Below, piece by piece: positions 41,033-53,744 of a stretch of DNA of 64,000 nt (positions are counted from its first letter, which is position 1; the number at the start of each line of letters is the position of its first letter). The notes beneath the pieces are model-generated. The model saw nothing but the letters and a program-made list of their open reading frames with translations. It had not been told where the DNA came from and searched no databases. Source of the stretch: Camelus dromedarius (lineage: Eukaryota); assembly GCF_036321535.1 (NCBI RefSeq), contig NC_087436.1, positions 39,000,001-39,064,000 on the forward strand, written 5' to 3'. Made by a program: the position numbers and the translations under genes.

Positions 41033-41744
41033 TTATGACCACTCTTTCTTTTAGGGATCATTCAAATGACTTAGCTGCAAATATACCTTTAAGAGGCTGA
41101 ATAAATTCATCTAACATTTGCTCTTTGACTTAGAGGATTTCTTGTTTCAAATGATAATTTCAGTTTTTGATATACATCAGTTCATTCTGACTATAAGTAG
41201 CAAAGATCAGAGGCTGTTACTGGTTTTTTTTTTTTTTTTTTATCAAACTATGCCATGAGCATAGAGGATAGTATTTGTGAAGGGACCTGTTGCATCTCGT
41301 ACTTCTAGAAAAGAAATCTATGAATTTATACCTATACACAAAACTCCTTTTATCTAGAAAGTACTGCATTTATACTTTCATTATTTGCTCTCTAGAATAT
41401 TTTCTTTCCCCTTTTTCTTCTTTTATTGTTGTCCTTTTGGGGGGGCAGAAATGTTATGTTAATCCATTTTTATTTATAAAATTGTATTAATGTTAGGCAT
41501 TTTTGTTTTTCTAATTTCCAGCCTTTTATGCAGGGACTCATAAACTGAAAAACAAACATTTCTATTTCCTTATTTTCTATATTATTTTCCTCTTTTTTGG
41601 CTTTATTTATTATTTAATTCCACTATTTAAATATTTTATTATATTCTCCTCTTTAACTTTTGAGTTACCAGAATTGTGTTTAAAATTTTGCAAACAGAAA
41701 AGACTATTTTTAGCTCTTATTTTTAATTTCTATGTTCTCATAAT

Positions 41745-42092
41745 AAGCTATCAGCTGCAATAAACAATTCCAAATCTCAAAGGGCTTAACACAATACAAG
41801 TTTATTTCTTGCTTATTTGAAGTCCAACCTGAATGTTTCTATATCTGACACAGAGAGCAAGCAAGCTTCTTACCTTTTAGGTTGCCAACATTCTCAAGAT
41901 GTAGCTTCATATGTTTTTGGAGAAGAGGAAGCAGGAGTGTGGCAGATTGCACAGGATATTCTGTGTTCAGACCTAATAGCAAATTAACATTTTTGCTCAC
42001 ATTCCTTAGGAACTGAGCCTCCTAAAAAGGGCTGGAAGTGGGGTCTAACTCTTATATCCAAGACAGATAGGAAAATCAGAATCCCTGCCACA
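41745..42092 (-). mobile_element. Old ERVL/MaLR-class LTR relic
   Basis: taagctatcagctgcaataaacaattccaaatctcaaagggcttaacacaatacaagtttatttcttgct ... ccctgccaca. Confidence 0.6.
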
Positions 42093-42099
42093 GTTTCTA

Positions 42100-43900
42100 A
42101 TGTAATTACATTATGGTCAGAAAGTATGTTTTGTATGATACCAATTCTTTAGAAAATTTGAGACACAGTCAATTTTTGTAAATGTTCTGTATGTGCTTGA
42201 AAACAATACATTTTTTGCAATTACTGAATGCAGGCTTCTATATACATCAGTGAAATCAAACTTGTTCATTTTATTGTTCAAATTATTTACATCCTTATTG
42301 AGTTTTCTTTTTTTTCAATTCCTCCATTTTGTTTTATTTTTTATTGAAATATATTTGACATGTAACATTGTGTAGATTGAAGGTGTACAACATGTTGATT
42401 TGATAGTTTATGTATTGCAATATGATTACCATTGTAGCAATAATTATCACCTTTATCACATCACATTATCATTTCTTTTTTGTGGTGGGAATAATTAAGA
42501 TCTAGTCTCTTAGCAAGTTTGATGATTATAATACAATATTGTTGTTTATATTCGCTCTACTGTGCATTAAATCTCTAGAATTTATCTACTGGTTGCAGCT
42601 TTCTTGGTTTTCTTATCTACTTTAAGTATGAATGACTAAGAGATATGTGTTAGAAATTTCCCACAATGTTATCGATGGATTTGTCAATTTCTCTTTGTAG
42701 TTATTTTAATTTATATCTTATTTATTTTGAGGCTATGATATTAAACAATACAATTTTACAAATGTGATATTCTTTTGATTATATCATGTTATTTTTATAA
42801 AGTTCTCTTCTTTTTTGGTGGTATTTTTTTTTCCTTTAATGAATACTTTGTGTAATATTAATTATGGCTATGTTACTTTCTTTTAGTTAAATTTGCCTGG
42901 TTGTTCTGAAATTCTGATTAGATATACTTTGAAATTTCTCTGTTCTTCCTGTGTCTTCAATTCTTTTTAAATGAATTTCCATCTCTATATCTCAATTGCT
43001 TTATTCTGTGTAATTTCTTCTTTTACATAAGACTCTTCCATTTTATTCTCTCCATTGTATATATGTGCTGTTTAACTCTCATACTGAATATTTACTTTTA
43101 ATTATTATGCTTTTTACTTATAGGAGATCTCTTCCTCCAATTCTGCCTAATCTCTTGCTGATCAGTCATATTTTTACCTCCTTTCCCTCTTAAAACTTCT
43201 TTAAACATATAAATATACTTAATTTATTTTCTAATATATTCTTTGTAATTGTACATTTCTAGTATCCAAGTTCCTGTTTATAATTTCTGTGACACTTGCT
43301 TATGGTGGCTTAGTTTCTCATGTGTTTTGTGATTTTTATTTTCTTGTGAACTTTTTACTCAAAATGAAACACAATCCTTTGAACTTTTAAATTTCATTCC
43401 TCCAGGGTGGATTTGTGTTTTTTCTGCCACGTGTATAAGAACATTACAGACCTGGGTCCAGTTTAAATGGGTCCAGAAATGAAAACTTTTAGCTTATGAT
43501 ATTCCTTATCATGTAAACAGTAAAAATTTTGATCCTCAATCCATATGTTTGCACCTTCCAGTGGCTACATGTTCTCAGGAAAGCTTTTCCCTCTCCTTGT
43601 CTAGGCAGTTTTCTTTCCTGCTTACCTCTGTGAAGGGTTATTTATTCACTTATTTCTAGTGAACTTTTTTCCTGTGTGAATGGCTTTTCCTGAGCATGCG
43701 TTTTATACTGGATGGTCACCACCAGAGCTCTCTGCTTGGGAAGTTGCACAGCTCTAGGCAGCCTGGGTATGCAGATTCTCCCAGGGCACTCAGATGCTTC
43801 AGTTCTCACTTCCTTCCCTACACCCTCCACTCACACTCCTGCTTAATTCCTGGCAGCTTCTTCCATTCATTTAAAAAGTGTTTTTAGCATTTTATCTGGC
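42100..43900 (-). mobile_element. Degraded L1 relic with a younger L1 3' end inserted at ~42325-42600
   Basis: T-rich plus strand with antisense L1 phrases (gatggatttgtcaatttctc; tattttgaggctatg). The insert reads ttttattgaaatatatttgacatgtaacattgtgtag... Confidence 0.7.
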
Positions 43901-45417
43901 AAATTTTCAATGAATTTAGACAATTATGAATGAATTTCTCTTTTATTTTTCAGAGTAACGTTTAAATCTAGTTGGAAAATATACCGATATTTGTGGGAGA
44001 GAGCATAATCTTTTCAGTCTATTGCCAATGCTGGGCATCTCAATAAATTGATGGACCATTTGAAATGGTGCCATCAATGGTCGAAACTGATGAATTCTGA
44101 ATGGTGTAGAGATTAGAATCATTGTTCGTATGAGACCTGTGAAAACCCAATTCTTGCTCTTCCACTAAGTGACTTTGTTAACTTCTCTGGTGTCCAGCCA
44201 CCCTTTGAGGCTTGATTTTCCTCATCTCTAAGATTCCTTGGTTTATCTGGTGTATCTTCGCAAGCAGTGTGGGTTACAGAGGTTATGGGAGAGCTTGATC
44301 TCTGTGATCCCCAAGTATTGCCTGGACCGCATGAACCCCCTTGCCCATCACCATTAGTTCCTAGCAGTCTCATCTTTTTATCCCAGTGTGCTAGACAGTC
44401 ATAATTTTCCACATGCACTGTGTTGTGAAAAAGGTTTAGCATGGTCTGGAAGATCTTCTAACAATCCTTCTGTCTCTAAAACCCTTGATTCTAAAGATTA
44501 ACTATTAATGCACTTTTCCTCTCTGGGCACTTGTTTAGTGAATGGGCATATTGTATCCAAGAGAGAAGTGGGGTAGATTTTACATAGAGTTGCTTTGAAC
44601 TGAAATCTTGAAAAGGAGTTGCATTTGTGAATGAGGAAATGTCAAGAATTTTATGCTAAGTGACTTGTTTAGAGCCAGTAATGCCATTCTAGGATTTGAA
44701 TGAGCCAAGGCCCTTGATGCCTCCTTGGACATATATCATATTTTCTAATAACTAGTTTCATTGTGCTTCTTCACCTCCTCACTTTTCCATGAATGCAATA
44801 TTATAGAGGCAGCTTATGTGCTCTCATGTCCTTTCCTTTCTTTTTTTATTTATATTTATTAGTTGTATGCCTTAGTTTCACTTTGTTTTCAATCCCCCTG
44901 TCTGTGGTATTTTGAACAGCTTGAGCTAACAGAGGCTGGTTTCACTTCCCAAGGATGCATACCCATAAAACTTATCAAAAACAAAGTTTTGCCAATATCT
45001 GAAAGCATGGGTCCCAACACGCTCTACTTCTGGCAGGCTATCACATGATTCTGAGTCATGCTTTAAGAAGAATGTTTAGCACTCAGCAACCCAGAGCCCA
45101 TTCTGGCCCTGAAGTCACATTGTTTAGGTTGGGATGCAGTGTGTTTTTAAAACAACAGATTCCTGACTCCATGCCAGACCTACCAAATCTGAACCTCCAC
45201 AAGTGGAGGTCAGGGAGTGCAGTTTTACAAAACTGTAGCTTTGGTTCTGGAGACTACTTCTCTGGAAACAGCTGAGAGATCAAATCACTTGGCTGAAAAA
45301 TGGAGGAAGAGTTGAAGAAGATGTCACAGAAGAGCTATCTTTTTTCTTTTTTTAATTTGTCTTTGATGGATAAATCAAATATTTGTCTGATGAGGAAAAC
45401 TAGGGAAGGATATTTTA

Positions 45418-45741
45418 TTTTAATTTTTTATTGAGGTATAGTCAGTTTACAATGTTGTGTCAATTTTTGGTGTACAGCACAATGCTTCAGTCATACATGA
45501 ATATACATATACTGATTTTCATATTATTTTTCACCATAGGCTACTATAAGATACTGAATATATTTTCCTGTGCTATACAGTATAAACTTGTTTATCTATT
45601 TTATATATACCAGTCAGTATCTGCAAATCTTGAACTCTCAGTTTATCCCTTCCTACCCCCCTCCCCCCTGGCAGCCACAAGTCTGTATTCTATGTTGTGG
45701 GAAACAGTATGGGTATTCCTCAAAAGACAAATGAACTTATA
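45418..45741 (-). mobile_element. Young L1 3' insertion with 17-bp TSD and a short 5' inversion
   Basis: TSD TAGGGAAGGATATTTTA at 45401-45417 and 45742-45758. Body is the reverse complement of the L1 3'UTR family seen at 32960 and 51114. Confidence 0.9.
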
Positions 45742-47349
45742 TAGGGAAGGATATTTTAGATGGGAGTGGCACAAGAGTGAGACTCTGGCATATCTTTGAG
45801 AGCTTCAAATGGTCTAGTGTGACTAAACTAATGCTGACACAGGAAGTAGAAATAACAGAAGAAGGATCGAGAGAGTAGATTAGGACTAAATTGTGAAAAG
45901 TCTAGAATGATAAGGAATTAGACTTTATTTCATGGGCAATAAAAGTCATTAAAGATCTTGTATATATGACAATAATGTGGCAAGATTTTTATTTTATAAT
46001 ATAACCATGGCAGCAATGTGGAGGAGGAATTCAAGGGAGAAGAAACTGGAAACAATGAGACCAACTGAAGATTTAATTACAGTAGCTCAGAAGAATGACT
46101 ATAAGGTGGTAGTTGTGGAAATGGAGGAAGAGGGCATAGATTAGGAATCACTCATTTACTTAACAAATGTTTATTAACTATTTTGTGTGTGTTGAGTCCT
46201 GTGCCAGCTGTTAGGGAAAAACCAAACCAAACCATGAATGTTCTAAAACAAATAAAAAATATGTAAAGTGTATGAATAAAAGATATATTTAAAATAATGG
46301 TATCCTTTTTGTGAAATATAACCAATTTTACTTTTCTCTTACTAGATATTACTGAAGTGTCTACAGTATCAGTGTATCACACTTTAAAGTACTCTAATTT
46401 TAAAGTGTATATATTGTTTTACCTCCCAGAACCAAAATGAGAAGATAGACATGTGAACAAATTATATAGCAGTAAGGTAATTATAATAAAGATATGTTGA
46501 AAAATTACTGAAAAGGTGAGCAGTAGCAGCTAAACATGCCTTCAAGAGGCAAGAAATCTTCAGGAAGGAAGCAACATTTCAAATGAAGTTTGTAGGATTA
46601 ATGGAAGTCTCAGAGGATAAATACTCCAGGCAAAGGAAACAGCACTGGAAGATTAATCTCAGCAGATAGGCCAGTGTTAGATTCTGAAGTCTTGTATTCT
46701 TTGCAGAATTGTTTAGAATTCATTATGAAAATGCTGTTTCAGGAAGGAGACAGCAAATGTTCACACCATGAAGACCATTCTGTAAGCACTACATAAGTCA
46801 GATTGAGGTGATGTGGAGTGAAATTACAGGCAGGCAGGAAAATCAGTCAAGAGACACTTGTGATAATTTAGGTGAGAATTAACAGGCATTAGTGATTTGG
46901 TCAGCTGAGTGGGGTGGTGTCTGTGTGTGCTTGCATTGAATGTGCGTGTGCAGGCAACATATGTGTGTTTGGTGGATAGATGGTCAAAGGAGCAGAAATT
47001 GAAATTATCTATGTAACTTCTGATCTATCAAATTACTTTTTTTCTCAAATGAGGGGATAATGGTGTCATTCACCATAATAGGAAATAAATGACTAAGAGA
47101 ATGGTGAGTTATGGTGAGTTTAAGGTACATGTGGGACATCCAAGTGGAAAATTTTAGTAGGCAGATGTATATATAAGTATAGACTTCCTGAAAAAGATAA
47201 AGATAAAAAAAAAGCAGTTTTGGTGACTGCTTAAATGTTGTTGGAGGGGATGGTTATGAGATATTCAAATATAGGATAAGGAATGAGGAGGACATTGAAG
47301 AGGAGTGAAATACTGAGTTTGACCTTGAGCATTATAAATCACTGAACAA

Positions 47350-47600
47350 CTGTATAGCAGAGTGATTACAACATGAACTCTCATGATGCTCTAGACTACT
47401 TTGGTTAAAATCTCAGCTTTAGCACTTGCTGAGTGTATCCTCATGAGCAAATTATTTAACCTCTATGGGGCTGAGGTTCCTCATCCATAAAATAAAACTA
47501 ACATTAGCCTTGACCCATAAGGCTGCTGTGAGAATTAAATGAGATAATTTATGGAGGGCACTAGAAGTAGTATGTGGAGCATAATTAGCGTTAGTTATTA
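47350..47600 (+). mobile_element. MIR SINE
   Basis: gcaaattatttaacctctatggggctgaggttcctcatccataaaat...gctgtgagaattaaatgagataat. Confidence 0.75.
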
Positions 47601-50600
47601 TTTGGATTGTTGGGTGGAAAATGAAAGAATTTTGGTCTCAATGATGAAAAATGTAGTCGTGTGAAACTCTTTCATGAAGAAAAAACTTCTTTGTCACTTA
47701 GTTACCATAGAGAAGGTAACCTTTCTGTGTTTTGGTCCATGGAGCAAAATGATGCAAGACAACTAGAGTTTTCAATAGGAAAAACAGCTGATATCCCAGT
47801 CAAGTTTTTGAAATTTAGCTCACAGTTGTTCAGAAACATAAGATGGTAAGACAAAGAGCAAACCTGTGATTGTTTCTCACGATAGGGCTCTGTTGTGCGT
47901 ATCATAACCATGAGGGCTCTCTTGCTGTTTTCTGGGAATAGTAGATTATTTTGGATCTCCAAGCTAGGTAGTTTGAAGACACGTTTCTCATGTAGTGTTG
48001 TAACGATTGCTTCCTGTTTTTTATAATAAAACAGTGCAGACCCAGAAGTTAGCCACCAAAGGAAGTGGAAGCCTGCAGCATGACGTTTAGCTACGTCCTC
48101 TCATTTGCTATGAGTCATACTGGTTATATCTTTTTGTTTCTTAAGAACAACTGCAAAGAAATGAATAGTTAGGCTTTCAAGGTTTCTTATTAAATGCAAG
48201 AGATGAGTGGATTTTAAGAGAGACAGGTGGGTACATTTCTAAGGTTTGTTTTTTTTTTTTCCTGAAGCAATAAATGAGTCACATAGTCTGATTATGTAAA
48301 TACTTCCTTCTTCTAGTGGTAAAGTTTCATGCTGATTCACATAGCTTTTCAGATTCTTATTCTTCTTAGAAGAAGAACCTAACCAATACCTTTGACTCTC
48401 TTTTGTGTGACAGTAATTATTCTAGGTACTTTGCATATTTTAATGAATTTAATATGCAAAGCAGTCCCATGAGGTAGGTGCTATCATTATATGCCATTTT
48501 ATAGATTAAGAAATTGAGAGAAACAGATTAAGTAGTTTGCCTTAGTAAGTGGCAGCTTGACTCAAAAGTTTATGAGTTTAACTCCAGTGCTCTAGTATAT
48601 ATTAGTTACTTTATAAGAATTGGTTAAATATACCTTTTGGCTGGCAGCCATGCTGTGGAAACATTTGCTGCTTTTCATCCTTGAGCTAAAGTCTGTCTAC
48701 AGGGAAGCAGAAAATGAAGGAAAGTCTGGTAAATGAAGTCATATAAAGTTGGTCTATTGTTTATTTTTTGCTCTAATTATGAGAAAGTTATTCATAGTTA
48801 TATAATCCTCCAGTTATTTCTGATTCCTAAGAATCAGGATGGTATTACAGGAAATAAAACCTTGGGCCCTGAGTGTGGGGCCACATTCATTCATGTAGAC
48901 AGACAAGTGGTGAGCAATTGCAGCACATAGAAATATGAGGTGACAGTGGCTTTTTAAGTTGGTGCTATGGCTCCCATGTATAAAACCACTCTGTAAATTC
49001 CTTTACTTTGTATCTTTTCCACATATGCTTCTCAGCATGCTCTCTTCTACAATTTCTTGTTCTGATGGGCTATTTTTTGGTATTTACCATATCTCCTGTA
49101 CAAGAATTGTGGCTGTTACAGTTGGAGAAAGTGAGGGAGCATAGCCAAGGATAATGGAAAATCCACCCTTCCTTGCCTCTATCTGTAGATTGACTCCCCA
49201 AACCAAAGAAAATCCTTCATTTTCCTATATTTTGTATAATTGTCTCTTTCTCCTCTGTGTTCTCAGAGCACTTAATTCATACTTCTGATATGGAATTTTC
49301 TATCTAATATATGTGGTTTGTATTTGCCTCTACTGCTTGATAATAGGCGTCATATTATATTCATTTCGTATTGTTCTCTAACACCCAGCAAAATTACTCT
49401 TTATGAATAGTAGATATTTAATAAATGTGAAATGAATCAGTAAAATCACTATTTCCATTTATTTTCTCCACGTCTATTTTTTTACAATGCACATTTTCTT
49501 ATATGTTAATTTTTTTAAGAAAAAAATTAGATTGTGTTATTTGAAGAATGTGCTAATTTGTAGATAATTCCTTTCTTGTTTATGATCAGCAAAGTTGTCA
49601 ACTAGCAGCAAGCTCCTCAGAGATTTTTAGAACCATACCAAAAGCAGGCACTAATGAGCCCCAGATACACATTAAGAAGAAAAGACATGATTGGCTGATT
49701 ATCGTTTTGGTGCAGGCTCTGGCCTGATCCAAGAGCCTGTTCTTGACTGGCACTCATTGGTTAGCCTCTGTGCAGTGGCTAGGGAGCAGGTTTGCTTACT
49801 GATGGTGATGAGGATAGCTGCAGACAGCACATTACCTAGTGTGTCTAGGTACTACAGCACTAGGTACTGTGCTGTCTGCATGCATTATTTCATCTAATCC
49901 TGTAGTGTAGGCACAGAGAAGGTAAGTGACTTTCTCAAAGTCATAAAGTATTATATGAGGGAGCCTGGCATTCAAACCACCACAATTTGCCTCTGGCCTT
50001 TACTCTTAACCACAACATGTTCTGTGTCTGTCAAGGACTTCCCCTTTCTGCAAAAAGAGAATGAATTAAAATTTTCTCATGAAAATAAGATGATTTTATA
50101 TGTATGTTTAATGACCCTTTGCCTAACTTCTAATAGAGGTGACAACTAAGGTATTTAACCTATTGATTAGTATGCACAGCAAGTTCTAGTATATGTAAGT
50201 AAATTAAACAAGGCAGCTCAGTATTGATATATATTAACTTATAATAAATATAAACTGTTTCATTTGTACTATTTAAAAGAGTTTTTACCTTCTTAATGTA
50301 TGCTTTTATTTTCTACAAACCAGAAGAGGAAGTAATGATTTTTATCAGAACTATGGAATTTAGAGAGACTTCTTTGGGAGAATATTTACAGGCATTCTTG
50401 AAAAGGGTTTGTGAAAACTTGGATCACTTCATAGATTTTTGCAGTCTTCCTTAAAAAAAAAAAAGCTTTCCATAGAAAGAACAAACAGAGAAGATAAAAT
50501 TCTTAATCATTATATTATCTTTCAAAATGAAGATCTTTCTATTCTTGACCTGCTGTTTCATTAGCACTCATAACTTTATCCTGGACCCCTAGCTGAATTC

Positions 50601-50771
50601 ATCATTTGATTCTTTACCACAACTTCACTATACAATATATTTTAACCCTTAAAGTTTTATTATTAATGGTGATCAAACCCTAACACACAGTTCAGATTGA
50701 TCCTCAATCCAGAAACATAAAATTCCTGATCTTGTTCTCAAGTCCTGCATTTTGTTTTCTGATTATTTGTA

Positions 50772-50979
50772 ATAGTAATTCTCAAACAGGGGTAATTTTG
50801 CCCCCAGGGGGTGTTTGGCTATGTCTGAAAATGTTTTTGATTATCACAACTGGGGGTGCCACTGGTATCCAGGGAGTAGGGACCAGAGATGCTGTTAACC
50901 ATCCTCTAATCCACAGGACCCTCCCACTTCCCACTGTTATCGCCCAGAATGTCAACAGTGCTGAGATGAGAGACCCTGC
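50772..50979 (+). mobile_element. MER20 hAT DNA transposon
   Basis: ttctcaaacaggggtaattttgcccccagggg...tatcacaactggggg...agagatgctgttaaccatcct...cccagaatgtcaacagtgctgag. Confidence 0.88.
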
Positions 50980-51113
50980 TTAATAAAAAACTTATTAGGA
51001 GCATTGCTTTGTTATCTTCTCAGCTACTATAGGGGATTTTTTAGGTACTCTATGAAAAAATTAATAAGTCTGATTTGTAAGAATTTATACAATCAAACGA
51101 AAGTTGTACTTCA

Positions 51114-51358
51114 CTTGTGGTTGCCAAGGGGGCAGGAGGGTGGGAAGGCACAGACTGGGATTTCAACATGTAGAATAGATAAACAAGATTATACTGTATA
51201 GCACAGGGAAATATATACATGATCTTATGGTAGCTCACAGAGAAAAAAATGTTCATGTATAACTGAAAAATTGTGCTCTACGCTGGAATTTGACACAACA
51301 TTGTAAAATGATTATAACTCAATAAAAAATGTTAAAAAAAAAAAAAGAAAAAGAAAAA
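51114..51358 (+). mobile_element. Young 5'-truncated L1 3' end with polyA and 15-bp TSD (1 mismatch)
   Basis: Same family as 32960-33307. GAAAGTTGT(A/G)CTTCA at 51099-51113 and 51359-51373. Confidence 0.9.
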
Positions 51359-53139
51359 GAAAGTTGTGCTTCAGAGTCAAAGTGACAGAGAGTGAGAATG
51401 GGATCCAGAACTTAGGTTGAAGGGATTTGTTTTTTTCCAGAGAGGGGAGGATTGTCCATAATGGAAGGAGGAAAGAAGGAAACAATGAGTGTATGTGCAG
51501 ATAATTTTGAGAATGTACAGATATAAAGTTGAGCTCACCTATTGGAAAGAAGGTAACAGTGGTGACCTAGGAGGTTTAAGAATAATGGAAGTTGAAATAG
51601 CCACTGTAGAGAATGGGCAGTGGCTGTGCTTGAAGTTAAATGCATAGGTGCATCATGATTCAGGTAGTTCATCAAGTTAGTGCTAGACATAGCCTCCAGG
51701 AGAAGGAGGAGATGGAGAAATAAGCAAGGGCTCATTTCTTCCCAAGTGGACTAGGCTGCAGGACAGAGTTCTAGTCATAACAAGGGACTTAGGGAACTAG
51801 TAGAAAAGAGAAGCCGCACAGCTATTGGAATAAAGGCTGACATGCTTTGGATGCTCAATAAATATTTCTTGAATGTATAAATGCTGCACACTGTGCTAGC
51901 ACTGGAGATGCATTCATTGCTGAAGAAAATGGTCTTTCCTTGCATAAACTGATTTGATTTGTGTTTTCTGGCATTTTGACACTGAAAGAGATGTACCTGA
52001 TAGAAGGGACAAGCACAGTATACTCTGAGACCAAAGGAGAGTCATCTGACAGTTTTGAGTATTGAGAGAGAGCACTTCCTAGAGGAGATGAGCTTTGAGT
52101 TTGTGTATAGCATGCCAAGGATGAGGCAGAATCATTTTATTTTCATAAGGATGAGTCGAGGTGGGCTAAGACTGGCAGGATTGACACTGAGAAATTCACT
52201 CCTTCCCCTAAATCCCTTTACCCTCCTGCCAGAGAAAAGTTGTGTAGGACAGGAATATCCAACAGAAGCTATAAGCCTAGGGAGGCCTTATACACGTTCA
52301 TTGTGAGCCGGCTGCCTGTTTTACGTACTTTACCAAGAACCATATGTATCAATTCCAAAGTCAATTTATGCTAAATTAATTACAGTCAATTGAAGAAATG
52401 GTGAAAGCTCTTAATGTGGGGAGGGATGGCAAGGATTTTGCATTGGTGTCATCACTTGAGTAATGTCTCTTACCACTGCAGGTGAGCTGTGAATACTCCC
52501 ACCTCGGTTTCCTTTTCAGCAGCATGAAATTTGTATTATCTCCTGACATTAATCAGTATGAAAAAGAAGGATTCAGAATACTTGGAGTAAGAGGTAGTAA
52601 GAAAAATTTATTTTTCTATTAAAGATAAATATTCAGCTACATTCTCCAGAAAACACATTTCTTTGTACTAATCCAAAATTAAGATATTAGATTATAAAGC
52701 AGAAACAGCTGTATTTTTTTTTTTTTGCTGAAATAAAATATACTTTTGCTCCTTTAAGCTTGATGTTTTAAGTTGTTGGACCTAATTTTTGCTAATGTAC
52801 CTTTTTGTATTTGATGTAATGTGCTTACAACAACTAACCTAATTATTAAAACACTTCCCAAGGAAACTGATGCACAAAATGGGGCCAAGGGAAGGAGTTC
52901 TTTGCTGGCTTAAACCAGATTCCAGAAAGCTACCAGTCCAATGAAAAAAACTGAAAATGTATTTGTTTGTAAAGCATTTTGTGTTTTTCAAGATACTTTA
53001 TCATACATTAATTTTAAAACTCCACAATAATTCTGTGAATTAAATATAATTTTACCCATTTTGTAGTTTAGGAAAGTAAGGAAGTTAAAGAACTTGGCCT
53101 AAGATCCAGGGGCTACTGTGGTAGAATTAAGTCTCATGG

Positions 53140-53736
53140 GGATCATGTCTATTCTACCCTTGTTCTTGTGGAAAACTGCTCTTCCACCCTTCCCTCCAGC
53201 ATATGATCTGATTAGCAGCTGCCTCTTCTTATGTGACCTCAATCTTTTGGGCGACGCAGTCTGACCTTGGAGTGGCCAGTTGATCTAAGGTGAACTAATA
53301 AAAACAATCTTCCTGACCCAGCTCATGAATGCATGAAGAGAGCCTGGAATCTCTTTTACAGATTAGAGTCTTTCCTCACATTTTATTTTTAAACCTGGGT
53401 GAGATGAGGGATGGAGGAAGGTGAGGGAGGTGATGTGAGGAGAGCATCCTCTTTTCTGATTGGGACACTGTTCAGATGGGAACCAGAGGAATCCACTGAA
53501 AGTTGTTGTGGTAGCCACATTCAGAGTGCTAGTCCAGGAGAAGGAAACTGACATACAGACAGAGACAGAGATGAAAGAGAGGGAGCTGGTAGCATTCATG
53601 TCTCTGATCCAGTTGCTCCTGATGGCCACTGTGTTTCTATCCTATGCTCATTTGGTTTCCTGAGCCAATAAATGCCTCCTTTTCCTTTGCCTAAGCTAGT
53701 TCTAATTAGGTTTCTTCAACTTCAAACAAGATTAAT
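53140..53736 (+). mobile_element. Old MaLR LTR (MLT1-like)
   Basis: 3' end ...cctgagccaataaatgcctccttttcctttgcctaagctagttctaattaggtttc. 5' boundary uncertain. Confidence 0.6.
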
Positions 53737-53744
53737 TGCTCATG

